From the IMG/VR virus record IMGVR_UViG_3300000976_000003, positions 1-48,525 of that record: a stretch of DNA of 48,525 bases; one strand, given 5' to 3'. Origin of the DNA: a virus. The notes beneath the pieces are model-generated. The model was given only the letters and a program-made list of their open reading frames with translations, searched no databases and was not told the DNA's origin. Below, piece after piece: positions 8,211 through 16,340 of this stretch. Made by a program: the position numbers and the translations under genes. Each line of letters opens with the position of its first letter. Position 1 is the stretch's first letter.

Positions 8211-10475
8211 ATGAAAAATAAATTAATAGTACTTATACTTTCAATGTTGTTTCTGTCAAGCGGGATGTTTGCACAAATAATACCACCAAACCCATCTTTG
8301 GGAGGTAATCCTCCAAATGGTAATTATCCACGTATAGGCTATCATAATAAAGATTTCTTCGGTTTGCTCCGTGAAGCAATCGCCAAAGAAGAAGGTACCA
8401 GGTATACGGTTTTAAAGCTATTACCAGTTGATGTAGATGACCAAAGATATTATGATTTGGATCACGGCAAACAAGTGGATTTCAGAAATAGTGCAACCTT
8501 AAAAGCATTATTTGATTTTGACCCGCTTGATTCATTAGAATTAGCTATTCGTATCGACAAAGAATTGTTATTACAAGGGCTCGGTATCGACCCTGAGAAT
8601 GGAGATTGCGAAGATTGTAGTATTATAAATGAGTTAATCACCGATGCGTATCTTTTCGGAGACTCCTTATATATAGAAGAAGGTGGAAAGGAATGGATTG
8701 TTAATCTCAGTGACCTTATACCTGATTGTGACGACTGTGATCCCTTGAATGAGATTGATGTAATGGAAATTGACACAATGCAACAAGGCAAGATATGTTA
8801 TCGGTTGGTCGGTGCAGATTGGTTATGTTTTAATGTACCTGAAAGCACAGACTATACAGTCACAGCACAAATCAACACAATTATAGTAGACGGTCAAGAA
8901 TTACAAGAATGTTGTTTATATCAATTAGGTGTTAAAAGTAATCCAATAAAATGCGATACATTGTCTTGTGCGAACACATTCCGAGTTACACATAATCAGA
9001 TAACTATTCCACAAACTACACCAGTAATTGGTAGCGTGATTTTATCAGATACATTATTGAAAATAGCTAATTATTTTTTCTGTGATAAATTAATTTACAG
9101 GGATACTCTGCCAGAATGGAGAGAAACAACTTGTAACGGTGATTTATATTGTACATCGACTTATACCACTTTGTCTAGTTTTTCAGATCCCCAATGTTTT
9201 TTTATTAGCGAAGGGGATGTACTTACATTCTATGGGGATATCAATATTTTTGACAGCGATGGCTGCCAATCAGCGAATGACACTAATAGCGACATCATAT
9301 CTTTTAATGGTAATCCTGTTAATAGCGGAGGTGGTGTGTTAGATGTAGCTAATGGCACTTTTGCACCTAATTCTGCTAATTGGTTTTTAAATCTTGAAAA
9401 ACCATTAGGGTTTGACTTAATAATCACAAAGCTTACAGGGGGGGTAAATATGGATTTTTATGTTGAGCAATTAGATGGTGATATAGGTAAGGATGTTGTT
9501 TGTATTCCTTCTTGTAATCCTGCTACCACAAAAGCATCTGTTCTAAGCAACACAAATCCAATAACAGGAGAATCAACCATAGGTGTAAATCTGATAAAAA
9601 ACGGCGCAGCTGTAGCTCTAGGAGAATGTGGTACTATAACGGTTACGGATGGTATAACTGATTATTTAGTTATGGATAAAACAGTAGGTGAACAGTTACA
9701 AAATTTCAACAATTACAATGCTACTTATTTTCCAAACGGAACAGAGGTTTTTCAAAACGGAAGTTCTTTTACTTTCAATAAAATCGCTTTTGGAATAGAT
9801 TTCGGGTTAACGGGGGATAATGCAAAAACACTATGTCTTAGATATGGTACAGGAGGGAGTTGTAGCGACAATATGAATCCTTTATGCCCTATACCTTCAG
9901 TTTTAAATGAAAAAGCTTGTTTAGAACCTATAGTATTCACTGGGGCTGATAATCAGGGTTACTTTAAAATTGGAGAGGACGCAACTTACAATTATATCGC
10001 TCCTTTCTCAGATGATTGGGGGTGTCCTAATACGTCTCCTTTAGTCAATATTAATAATGCTACATTAGGGAATGTTGTAAGAGTTCCTAAATCTATAAGC
10101 GTTGCAGCGTGGAATAATGCACCTGTTGATGTTGCTATGGCTAATGCAATAATTACAAACCCAATCCCAACAAATACAGATGTTATAATAAAGCAAATTA
10201 ATTACACCAATGGATTAGTTAAGTATCACAATGTACTTTCTAATGATTTCAATTTTAATGGGGATTTAGCTGTTAAGATTGATGGAATAATATTAAGTAA
10301 TGTTGAAGGAGTTCCATCGAACACTATTTTTAGTTGTAATGCAATTGTTGATGTAAATGCTCAAAACAGAAATTGGTTTTATACGGGAGGTGTTTATGCT
10401 GTTGAAAGCATCTGGTTTGAAACATTGGATGGTGAATTATTTGAAATGGATTTTTTGATACAATTTATAGTTTAA
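8211..10475 (+). CDS. large protein with Sec-type signal peptide, fibre/adhesin-like (754 aa)
   Basis: The N-terminus is MKNKLIVLILSMLFLSSGMFAQ. The protein is Cys-rich and is the last gene before the terminator that precedes the lysis cassette. Confidence 0.6.
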   Translation: MKNKLIVLILSMLFLSSGMFAQIIPPNPSLGGNPPNGNYPRIGYHNKDFFGLLREAIAKEEGTRYTVLKLLPVDVDDQRYYDLDHGKQVDFRNSATLKALFDFDPLDSLELAIRIDKELLLQGLGIDPENGDCEDCSIINELITDAYLFGDSLYIEEGGKEWIVNLSDLIPDCDDCDPLNEIDVMEIDTMQQGKICYRLVGADWLCFNVPESTDYTVTAQINTIIVDGQELQECCLYQLGVKSNPIKCDTLSCANTFRVTHNQITIPQTTPVIGSVILSDTLLKIANYFFCDKLIYRDTLPEWRETTCNGDLYCTSTYTTLSSFSDPQCFFISEGDVLTFYGDINIFDSDGCQSANDTNSDIISFNGNPVNSGGGVLDVANGTFAPNSANWFLNLEKPLGFDLIITKLTGGVNMDFYVEQLDGDIGKDVVCIPSCNPATTKASVLSNTNPITGESTIGVNLIKNGAAVALGECGTITVTDGITDYLVMDKTVGEQLQNFNNYNATYFPNGTEVFQNGSSFTFNKIAFGIDFGLTGDNAKTLCLRYGTGGSCSDNMNPLCPIPSVLNEKACLEPIVFTGADNQGYFKIGEDATYNYIAPFSDDWGCPNTSPLVNINNATLGNVVRVPKSISVAAWNNAPVDVAMANAIITNPIPTNTDVIIKQINYTNGLVKYHNVLSNDFNFNGDLAVKIDGIILSNVEGVPSNTIFSCNAIVDVNAQNRNWFYTGGVYAVESIWFETLDGELFEMDFLIQFIV

Positions 10476-10537
10476 TAACAGTATAACTAACAAAAGAATA
10501 AAATTAGAACATTGTTCTAAAGAATTGGATTATAGCT

Positions 10538-10561
10538 GCAGGGCGAAAGCTCTGCTTTTTT
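10538..10561 (+). terminator. rho-independent terminator
   Basis: GCAGGGC-GAAA-GCTCTGC: a 7-bp stem with one G:T pair and a GNRA loop, followed by TTTTTT. Confidence 0.7.
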
Positions 10562-10618
10562 AAATCATTCCCATAACTCAAAAGAAAATAGTTATAGGAA
10601 ATCAAAACCGAATAAAAA

Positions 10619-10882
10619 ATGACTCAACAACAGTTAGATAACATCGTTCGTCAAGTATTGACAATTTTAGGATTTGTTTTGCCTTTATTAGGTTTACAAT
10701 TTGATTTCGCACCGATCACGGATGCTATTATTCTAGTAGCTGGAGGTATTTATCAAATTATTCTTTTCTTCTCTGCAAAAAACAACCCTATAGCTGAAGA
10801 AGAAGTACAAGTTCAATCGATTGGCTCTACTAGTAGGGCAATTGGACGTGTATTGGGAATGAAATATAAAAACGCTGCATAA
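10619..10882 (+). CDS. holin-like small membrane protein (87 aa, two hydrophobic helices)
   Basis: Hydrophobic segments VLTILGFVLPLLGL and AIILVAGGIYQIILFF. It is the first gene of the lysis cluster. Confidence 0.5.
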   Translation: MTQQQLDNIVRQVLTILGFVLPLLGLQFDFAPITDAIILVAGGIYQIILFFSAKNNPIAEEEVQVQSIGSTSRAIGRVLGMKYKNAA

Positions 10883-11949
10883 TGGATATTTCAATACCAA
10901 AAAACTTTGCACCAAAAGTTGTTCCTGAAACTGAGGCAAGAGCCATGATGTCTGAAGAAATGGGGTATTTTATTGAGAAATGGAATCTTAAAGAAATTTG
11001 GAAGCAAACCAAAGGGGACATGGTGAAAATTGCTGTACTTGATACAGGAGCACCTACCCATCATGATTCCTTAGTACATGAAATGCATAATTTCACTTCT
11101 GACAAAGGAGAAGTTGATGCTAACGGCCATGGTTCACATGTAACAGGAATTATCAATGCTCAGCACAATGGTTTTGCCATCCGAGGGATTGCTCCCAATG
11201 CTCAAATTATTTCATGTAAGGTTTTGAATAAAGATGGCGCTGGTTCCAGTTCATGGATTGAAGATGCCTTGCAAATGATTCATGATAGAGATGATATCGA
11301 TATTGTCAATATGTCTCTAGGTTCGAGTAGCTTAAAAGATTCAGTTCGTGAAATACTTGTGAAACTCCATCAAAAAGGAGTGTCGGTATTTGTAGCTGCT
11401 GGAAATTGGGGGGCTAACATGAGCAATGCATACGCTATTCCAGAAACTTTTGCGGTGGCCGCTGCTGATAAGTTTGATAAACCTGCCTCGTTTTCTTCGA
11501 ATAATACTGAAAATGATGGAACTGGCTATGGAGTCAATATACGCTCCTTTGGAGTAGGTAATGCTTTTTGGGATGCTAGTGGTACTAGTATGGCATGCCC
11601 TTCTGTAGCTGGTGTAGCTGCTTTGATAATTAGTCAATGGAAAAAATCGAATCGAAACAAAAAATTCCCTCCTAAAGAGTTGTTCCGATTACTAAGAGAA
11701 ACAGCTAAAGATATAGCAGCCCCTGGCTTTGATGACAAAACAGGATTTGGACTGATTCAGCCAATTGTAGCTTTTGATGTGATTCGAGATTTACCGCCAG
11801 AAGGCCCAATTAAGGATATCCCAATAGACAAGCCTAAAGAAACAGAACCTCCCGTAGATTCAAAAAAAAACTCTTGGCTGATTGGATTGATTATTTCGAT
11901 AGTTATTTTCGTAATCCTAGCGGCGTTAATGTCCAGCCTTCAATCTTGA
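10882..11949 (+). CDS. subtilisin-like serine protease (peptidase S8) with C-terminal transmembrane anchor
   Basis: Catalytic motifs AVLDTG (Asp), HGSHVTG (His), NMSLG (oxyanion Asn) and GTSMACP (Ser). The C-terminus is WLIGLIISIVIFVILAALM. Confidence 0.85.
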   Translation: MDISIPKNFAPKVVPETEARAMMSEEMGYFIEKWNLKEIWKQTKGDMVKIAVLDTGAPTHHDSLVHEMHNFTSDKGEVDANGHGSHVTGIINAQHNGFAIRGIAPNAQIISCKVLNKDGAGSSSWIEDALQMIHDRDDIDIVNMSLGSSSLKDSVREILVKLHQKGVSVFVAAGNWGANMSNAYAIPETFAVAAADKFDKPASFSSNNTENDGTGYGVNIRSFGVGNAFWDASGTSMACPSVAGVAALIISQWKKSNRNKKFPPKELFRLLRETAKDIAAPGFDDKTGFGLIQPIVAFDVIRDLPPEGPIKDIPIDKPKETEPPVDSKKNSWLIGLIISIVIFVILAALMSSLQS

Positions 11950-12671
11950 TAGATTTGGAAATTATACAAAATCTACTGACCAGCCGTCGCAATCGTCCAT
12001 TCCTTCGTGATTCGAAGAAATATAAATTACGAAAACTAAAAGGTATAGTAGTCCATTGGACTGCGAATACTGGTTATGGTGCTGACGATACAGCAAATCG
12101 AAACTACTTTAATCGAACAGATAGATACTGCTCTGCTCATTATATAGTCGACCACGATAGCATTACTCAAGCTATTCCAGATACAGAGGTGGCTTACCAT
12201 ACAGGCTGTGTACTACCCAACTCTCGTTCTAAGAGCAGAAAGGCTACCGATGAAGGTGTTGGTCTTGGTACTTGGGAAAATAGAAAGTGGTTGAATCCAA
12301 ACTATACTACAATAGGGATTGAAGCATGCGTGAATAAGGATGGTGATTTCAAACAAATGTACGTCAACTTAGTCAAGTTGATTGCTAAGAAATTACTTGA
12401 AAATCCTCATTTGTCAATTACAGATGTGTACAGGCATTATGATGTTTGTGGTAAGCCATGCCCGGGATTTGCTTTGGAATCAGAATATTGGAAATATTTG
12501 CTTGAAGATGTAAATAATGTCGTATTTGGGCCTGTTCAAAATCCAAATCTTGAAGAAATGGAAAATACGATGGGAAGTCAAAAACCTGAAAGCGAACCTG
12601 TAAAATCAGAAATCATTAAATTAGCTTTGATGAAATGGACTATTGATAAAAGGAAATATGTAGTAAGTTGA
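11874..12671 (+). CDS. N-acetylmuramoyl-L-alanine amidase (Amidase_2/PGRP-type endolysin); start uncertain
   Basis: Motifs VVHWTAN, SAHYIVD, AYHTG, IGIEAC and RHYDVCGKPCPG. There is no in-frame ATG, so the candidate starts are TTG 11874 or TTG 11946 (which overlaps the protease TGA). Confidence 0.8.
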   Translation: MADWIDYFDSYFRNPSGVNVQPSILIDLEIIQNLLTSRRNRPFLRDSKKYKLRKLKGIVVHWTANTGYGADDTANRNYFNRTDRYCSAHYIVDHDSITQAIPDTEVAYHTGCVLPNSRSKSRKATDEGVGLGTWENRKWLNPNYTTIGIEACVNKDGDFKQMYVNLVKLIAKKLLENPHLSITDVYRHYDVCGKPCPGFALESEYWKYLLEDVNNVVFGPVQNPNLEEMENTMGSQKPESEPVKSEIIKLALMKWTIDKRKYVVS

Positions 12672-12694
12672 TATTTAATTTGTGAAATAAATAT

Positions 12695-12732
12695 AAAAAA
12701 GCCTTTGTACTTGATTGTATAAAGGCTTTTTT
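12695..12732. terminator. bidirectional hairpin terminator between convergent genes
   Basis: AAAAAAGCCTTTGTAC-loop-GTATAAAGGCTTTTTT: the A-run pairs with the T-run and the core is GCCTTT/AAAGGC. Confidence 0.75.
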
Positions 12733-12751
12733 CTTAACTTTCTTCAGAATA

Positions 12752-13402
12752 TTATTCCTTAGTCTCAAGTTCGTCAGCAGTATCTGGAACTGGAGTCTCA
12801 GTTTCTTCTGTGTGTTTTTTGCCCTTATCTAAATCTCGTTGATTTTTCTCTATTTGCTGCTCTCTCAATTTTTCAGTTTTATACGTAGCGTAGCACCAAC
12901 CAATTAAGCCTATAAGAAAAGTGAGCCAACCGAGTGTTTTTAACAGGCATGTATATGATTTATAAGAATTGGATTGTTGTTGTAATATATCTATTGCTTT
13001 ACCTGAGTATTTTAATTTAATATTATCAATTGATAAATCTTGTCCATAATTTTTCCCCACAAGATTTTTTTCATCAAATTCAACAATTAACTTTTTACCT
13101 TCTAATTTAAGTTTTTGTATTTGAATGGTTTTTGTTGATTTTTTGATAAGTTTATTTAAACTATCCAGTTGTTTGTTTAAGTGTTGGTCCAAAGCTTTCA
13201 ATGAATTAACCTTTTTTTCTAAATCAAGTATTTTCATAGAAAGCAAAGCTTTCTCCATCTCAAACTGGTTTGTTTGAATTTCTAATTCATGTTGTTTCCT
13301 TAAAGGATAAAACATAGCAACGAAAACCATAGAAATCCCTCCAACAAAGAGGAATTTAAACAGATTATCTGAACTGGAAAATATTTTAGTGAATTCCCAC
13401 AT
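12752..13402 (-). CDS. membrane protein with one hydrophobic helix near each end flanking a long coiled coil (216 aa)
   Basis: FLFVGGISMVFVAMFYPL and LGWLTFLIGLIGWCYATY flank K/L/E/Q heptad-like sequence. The start overlaps the upstream stop (TAATG). Confidence 0.7.
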   Translation of the reverse strand: MWEFTKIFSSSDNLFKFLFVGGISMVFVAMFYPLRKQHELEIQTNQFEMEKALLSMKILDLEKKVNSLKALDQHLNKQLDSLNKLIKKSTKTIQIQKLKLEGKKLIVEFDEKNLVGKNYGQDLSIDNIKLKYSGKAIDILQQQSNSYKSYTCLLKTLGWLTFLIGLIGWCYATYKTEKLREQQIEKNQRDLDKGKKHTEETETPVPDTADELETKE

Positions 13403-14367
13403 TATCTAAAAGTATTTCTTTGACCTTGGTTAGCCCCTAGGGTGTCCAAGGTTCTGATTAATGAATCTAATTTAGTATTGTGCTGTGGATTGTTAATAAA
13501 ACCTATTGCTTCATTCTTTTCGTTATTCGGTACATTGACATCGCCTGGTTGGCATGTTACTAAAGAAACGGTCAATCCAAATAAAACTGCAACTCTGCGT
13601 GGAAATTTAAAAGAGACAGTACCTGGAGAATGAAGGGTAAGTTTTATAGTGTTTTGTTGTATATTTTCATTTAAATTAAAGTGATTGTTCAAATCATTTG
13701 TGATATCTTGAACTTCTTGCATTAATTGTAACAACGAAGATACGTTTATTTCTTCATTTGTACTGACATTTAACACATAAAACCCACTGTCACCTTTTAA
13801 ATATAGAGTATTAGTAGCGAAATCTATGTATTCACTATATTTACTAATATCACTAATAGCATGCCGATTTGATTTGATTTTATAAAACATCGGATCTAGT
13901 TCAAGCATTGTTTTTTCTTCTATCCATTTTACTCTTCTTCTTTTATTAAAAACACAGTTACCATAAGGAATATCATCAATATATATGTTGTCATCATCAA
14001 TCATTCCAAAAGAAAGCTTATCTGAATTGTAACTTGGAATAACAATAATATCTCCTCGATTTAGATCTTTGAATTTTTTTAGTTTATTAAATACACTAGT
14101 GACTTTAGATTTGCCTTTTTTTGATTGTAAGTCTAAAATGGGGTCATTATTAGCAACCCTTGACTTGTTAACTTCAACACCTATTTTGTTTTTCAATAAA
14201 TCGACATTATTTAATAGGTCTTCTATAGTTATCGTATTCCAACCAATCGCTATAAAATTATTATCTAAGTAAGCACTATAGTTTTTACCTCCATTTGTTC
14301 TGATGAAATAGTATTTCTTTTCTTCTCCAATAAAATTGACTCTGTCAAATAAGAGTTGAGTGTCCAT
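13402..14367 (-). CDS. hypothetical protein; the N-terminal domain resembles the domain fused to Mrr-type restriction/defence proteins; C-terminal half unknown (321 aa)
   Basis: The N-terminal pattern is YYFIRTNGG..Y..YLDNNFIAIGW...RGDIIVIP...FGMIDDD...RRRVKWIE. The family assignment is from memory and is unverified. Confidence 0.6.
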   Translation of the reverse strand: MDTQLLFDRVNFIGEEKKYYFIRTNGGKNYSAYLDNNFIAIGWNTITIEDLLNNVDLLKNKIGVEVNKSRVANNDPILDLQSKKGKSKVTSVFNKLKKFKDLNRGDIIVIPSYNSDKLSFGMIDDDNIYIDDIPYGNCVFNKRRRVKWIEEKTMLELDPMFYKIKSNRHAISDISKYSEYIDFATNTLYLKGDSGFYVLNVSTNEEINVSSLLQLMQEVQDITNDLNNHFNLNENIQQNTIKLTLHSPGTVSFKFPRRVAVLFGLTVSLVTCQPGDVNVPNNEKNEAIGFINNPQHNTKLDSLIRTLDTLGANQGQRNTFR

Positions 14368-14388
14368 GTGTTCTTTATTTTAAGATAG

Positions 14389-14402
14389 GTAGGCATGCCT
14401 AC
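14389..14402. promoter_or_regulatory. perfect 14-bp palindrome GTAGGCATGCCTAC, candidate operator upstream of the 14367 gene
   Basis: It is self-complementary and GC-rich in AT-rich DNA, and lies 22 nt upstream of the start codon. Confidence 0.3.
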
Positions 14403-14676
14403 AGTGATAATTACTTGATTTGATTAAATCTCCAGAAATCATAAAGTAAAAACACAATATATCAATGAAATTGATTACAAGTAAAAACAAAACAAATAGT
14501 TTTGTTTCTTAAAACAATTTGTTGTACATTTGAAGCAACAAATAAATACTATGCAGAAAGAACTGGTGACCATCTACGCTTTATTGCTCTTAACTGATGC
14601 TTTACTGCTCCAATCTACTACATTGGAACAGAATAATATTTTTGAATTTCGTGCTGAACTTCTGGAGTGGGAGTAC

Positions 14677-14784
14677 TCAATTCTGTTGTAATTTCTTTTC
14701 TCTGAGCTTTTTATTACGCTCAGACAATTCTTTATCTTTCTGTCGAAGCTTATCGTTCTTTTTCTTTAAATCCTGTTCCTTCAT
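14677..14784 (-). CDS. possible micro-ORF (35 aa, K/E/R coiled-coil peptide)
   Basis: MKEQDLKKKNDKLRQKDKELSERNKKLREKKLQQN. The ATG lies 1 nt after the stop of the upstream micro-ORF. It is below the size threshold of the ORF track. Confidence 0.25.
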   Translation of the reverse strand: MKEQDLKKKNDKLRQKDKELSERNKKLREKKLQQN

Positions 14785-14785
14785 G

Positions 14786-14929
14786 TTATAAATATGTTAT
14801 TAGTAATGTTACAATGATTGCTATTGATACTATTGTATAGAATAATATCAATTCACTCTTTGGTATTTCTTCATTTTCTTCGTAGCCCGTTAGAAATAGG
14901 CGAGCGAAGTCTTGAAGATATTGGTGCAT
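14786..14929 (-). CDS. possible micro-ORF (47 aa) with C-terminal hydrophobic helix
   Basis: MHQYLQDFARLFLTGYEENEEIPKSELILFYTIVSIAIIVTLLITYL, in the same orientation as the flanking leftward genes. Confidence 0.3.
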   Translation of the reverse strand: MHQYLQDFARLFLTGYEENEEIPKSELILFYTIVSIAIIVTLLITYL

Positions 14930-14985
14930 GTGTAAAATTGTTTAAAACTCTAATTGTATTTGTTAGTGTAGTAGAGATAGGGTGG

Positions 14986-15339
14986 TTACTTCTTCTTCAG
15001 CAGATAATGATAAACATTTTGGCTTCCTACAGTAATCACATAAGAATCTAAGAATTCATAGCCATTTTTGCCCATAAAGTTAAGGGCATCTATCATAGAA
15101 TTTAGAGTTAATGGCTTGCCATTTTCATCTTTTATGACAGTATCTTTTGCTGCTGTCCAAAACTTTGTCTCTTGGCCGAAATCTAATTGTATCGTAACTT
15201 TCTTGCTTAGCAATTTTGCTGTACCAACAATACGGACATACTCAACATCAATCTCGGACAATTCTACGCCATTAATTGTTTGAGAAAAACCAATAAAAGG
15301 TAATAAAAAAAGGAGTGAAGTGATTAAGACCTGTTTCAT
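14986..15339 (-). CDS. small secreted protein (117 aa) with signal peptide
   Basis: The N-terminus is MKQVLITSLLFLLPFIGFSQ. Confidence 0.6.
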   Translation of the reverse strand: MKQVLITSLLFLLPFIGFSQTINGVELSEIDVEYVRIVGTAKLLSKKVTIQLDFGQETKFWTAAKDTVIKDENGKPLTLNSMIDALNFMGKNGYEFLDSYVITVGSQNVYHYLLKKK

Positions 15340-15367
15340 GTTATATTTGTGTTTGGTTAAAAATCTC

Positions 15368-15547
15368 TTATGAGAATATCATCATAATTATACTATATAT
15401 AACAACTCCCCAAATCATAAAAGCTAGCAAATCGAAAAAGAAAGGGGGTAATATTTTGCCTTTCCTTTTTGCATAATGGCTACCATTTTGCTTATACTCA
15501 TCTTCCCATGAACGGGTAATGTATTTGATGATGGATTTAGTATTCAC
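15368..15547 (-). CDS. possible small membrane protein (59 aa, GTG start overlapping upstream TGA)
   Basis: I translated it by hand. The C-terminal hydrophobic segment is FFFDLLAFMIWGVVIYSIIMMIF, and the start forms a GTGA overlap with the 15544..15828 gene. Confidence 0.35.
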   Translation of the reverse strand: MNTKSIIKYITRSWEDEYKQNGSHYAKRKGKILPPFFFDLLAFMIWGVVIYSIIMMIFS

Positions 15548-15828
15548 TTATTAAACCGATGCTTGATTCTTTTATACAATTCATCGCTAATCCCATTAAA
15601 AGAAATCACGATTTTTCTATTATTGACTTCAAAATCCCAGCTAGTTTGTTTTCTTAAATCCCAACCAAGTTTAAACCACTCTTGAACCGTCTTGCAATCG
15701 TTAAGGTTTTCAGTAATGTGAGCTAGGTTGTTTTCTTCTAAAATAGATTTATTGTAATCTGGGCCTGTTTTTATGAAATACTTGAATTGTATCCCCTCGA
15801 AAGCATCGGCAGTTGTGTTTTCGTCCAT
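15544..15828 (-). CDS. hypothetical protein (94 aa)
   Basis: ATG ORF that starts 2 nt after the stop of the upstream leftward gene. Confidence 0.55.
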   Translation of the reverse strand: MDENTTADAFEGIQFKYFIKTGPDYNKSILEENNLAHITENLNDCKTVQEWFKLGWDLRKQTSWDFEVNNRKIVISFNGISDELYKRIKHRFNK

Positions 15829-15829
15829 G

Positions 15830-16243
15830 TCATTGTTTTTTTTGGGTTAATTCACGTATTCTTTTATTACGCTCACTAAGTAATCTATCTCTTTCTCGTA
15901 ATTGTTCGTTTAGAGCCTCAACCTCGGCTTCCAGTTTCTTATTTGCTTCATTTAGGTCATACAACTTCACTTTTAACTCCTTCTCTGAATCGGATACCTG
16001 GGCAGCTCGCTCTTCTTCGGTTAGAAGTTCGTTAGGATATGCTTGTTTTAATGTGTTTATCATTTCAGAAGTCACAGTACCATACCCTTTTTTCCTTAAA
16101 CTAGAAATAAACGAGGTTTTTTTACCTATAACATTCTCTATGTCCGTGTATGGAATCTTTCTCTTCTTGTCAGCTTTCAACACTTTGACAAGTTCTAAAA
16201 ATTCAGCTTGTTCTTTTGAATATTTGATAATATTTGCCACCAT
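15830..16243 (-). CDS. candidate DNA-binding regulator with C-terminal coiled coil (possible lysogeny repressor), 137 aa from ATG 16243
   Basis: It is the first gene of the leftward operon and is divergent from the rightward early genes. Direct-repeat operator-like sites lie just upstream. The C-terminal half is a leucine-zipper-like coiled coil. Confidence 0.35.
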   Translation of the reverse strand: MVANIIKYSKEQAEFLELVKVLKADKKRKIPYTDIENVIGKKTSFISSLRKKGYGTVTSEMINTLKQAYPNELLTEEERAAQVSDSEKELKVKLYDLNEANKKLEAEVEALNEQLRERDRLLSERNKRIRELTQKKQ

Positions 16244-16268
16244 TCGATATAAAATCAATAAATATTAA

Positions 16269-16305
16269 TTATTTGTCATAAAATAATTATGATTTGTCAT
16301 AAGAT
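16269..16305. promoter_or_regulatory. two direct repeats ATTTGTCATAA spaced 21 bp (16271..16281 and 16292..16302), candidate operators
   Basis: The 11-mers are exact copies with similar flanks, and they lie in the divergent intergenic region. Confidence 0.45.
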
Positions 16306-16311
16306 TCTTTG

Positions 16312-16319
16312 TATATTTG
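16312..16319 (+). promoter_or_regulatory. TATATTTG box matching the Bacteroidota -7 promoter consensus TAnnTTTG
   Basis: Exact match, 22 nt upstream of ATG 16341. The same octamer recurs at 22416, 29159 and 32683. Confidence 0.4.
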
Positions 16320-16340
16320 CAATACAATAACAATACAACG

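Noticed and set aside
14485-14507. AT-only hairpin AAACAAAA-loop-TTTTGTTT as a terminator separating the leftward operon from the two-gene cassette
   Set aside because: The stem has a single G:C pair and a weak downstream T tract, so it is too weak to call. The cassette's transcriptional independence therefore remains an inference.
14597-15051. Plus-strand ORFs 14597..14791 and 14818..15051
   Set aside because: Their F/S/L/C-rich products are antisense to more plausible leftward micro-ORFs, and their orientation conflicts with the surrounding leftward operon.
15813-16268. 151-aa plus-strand ORF antisense to the repressor-like gene
   Set aside because: It is an S/F/L-rich shadow of a K/E-rich coiled-coil gene.
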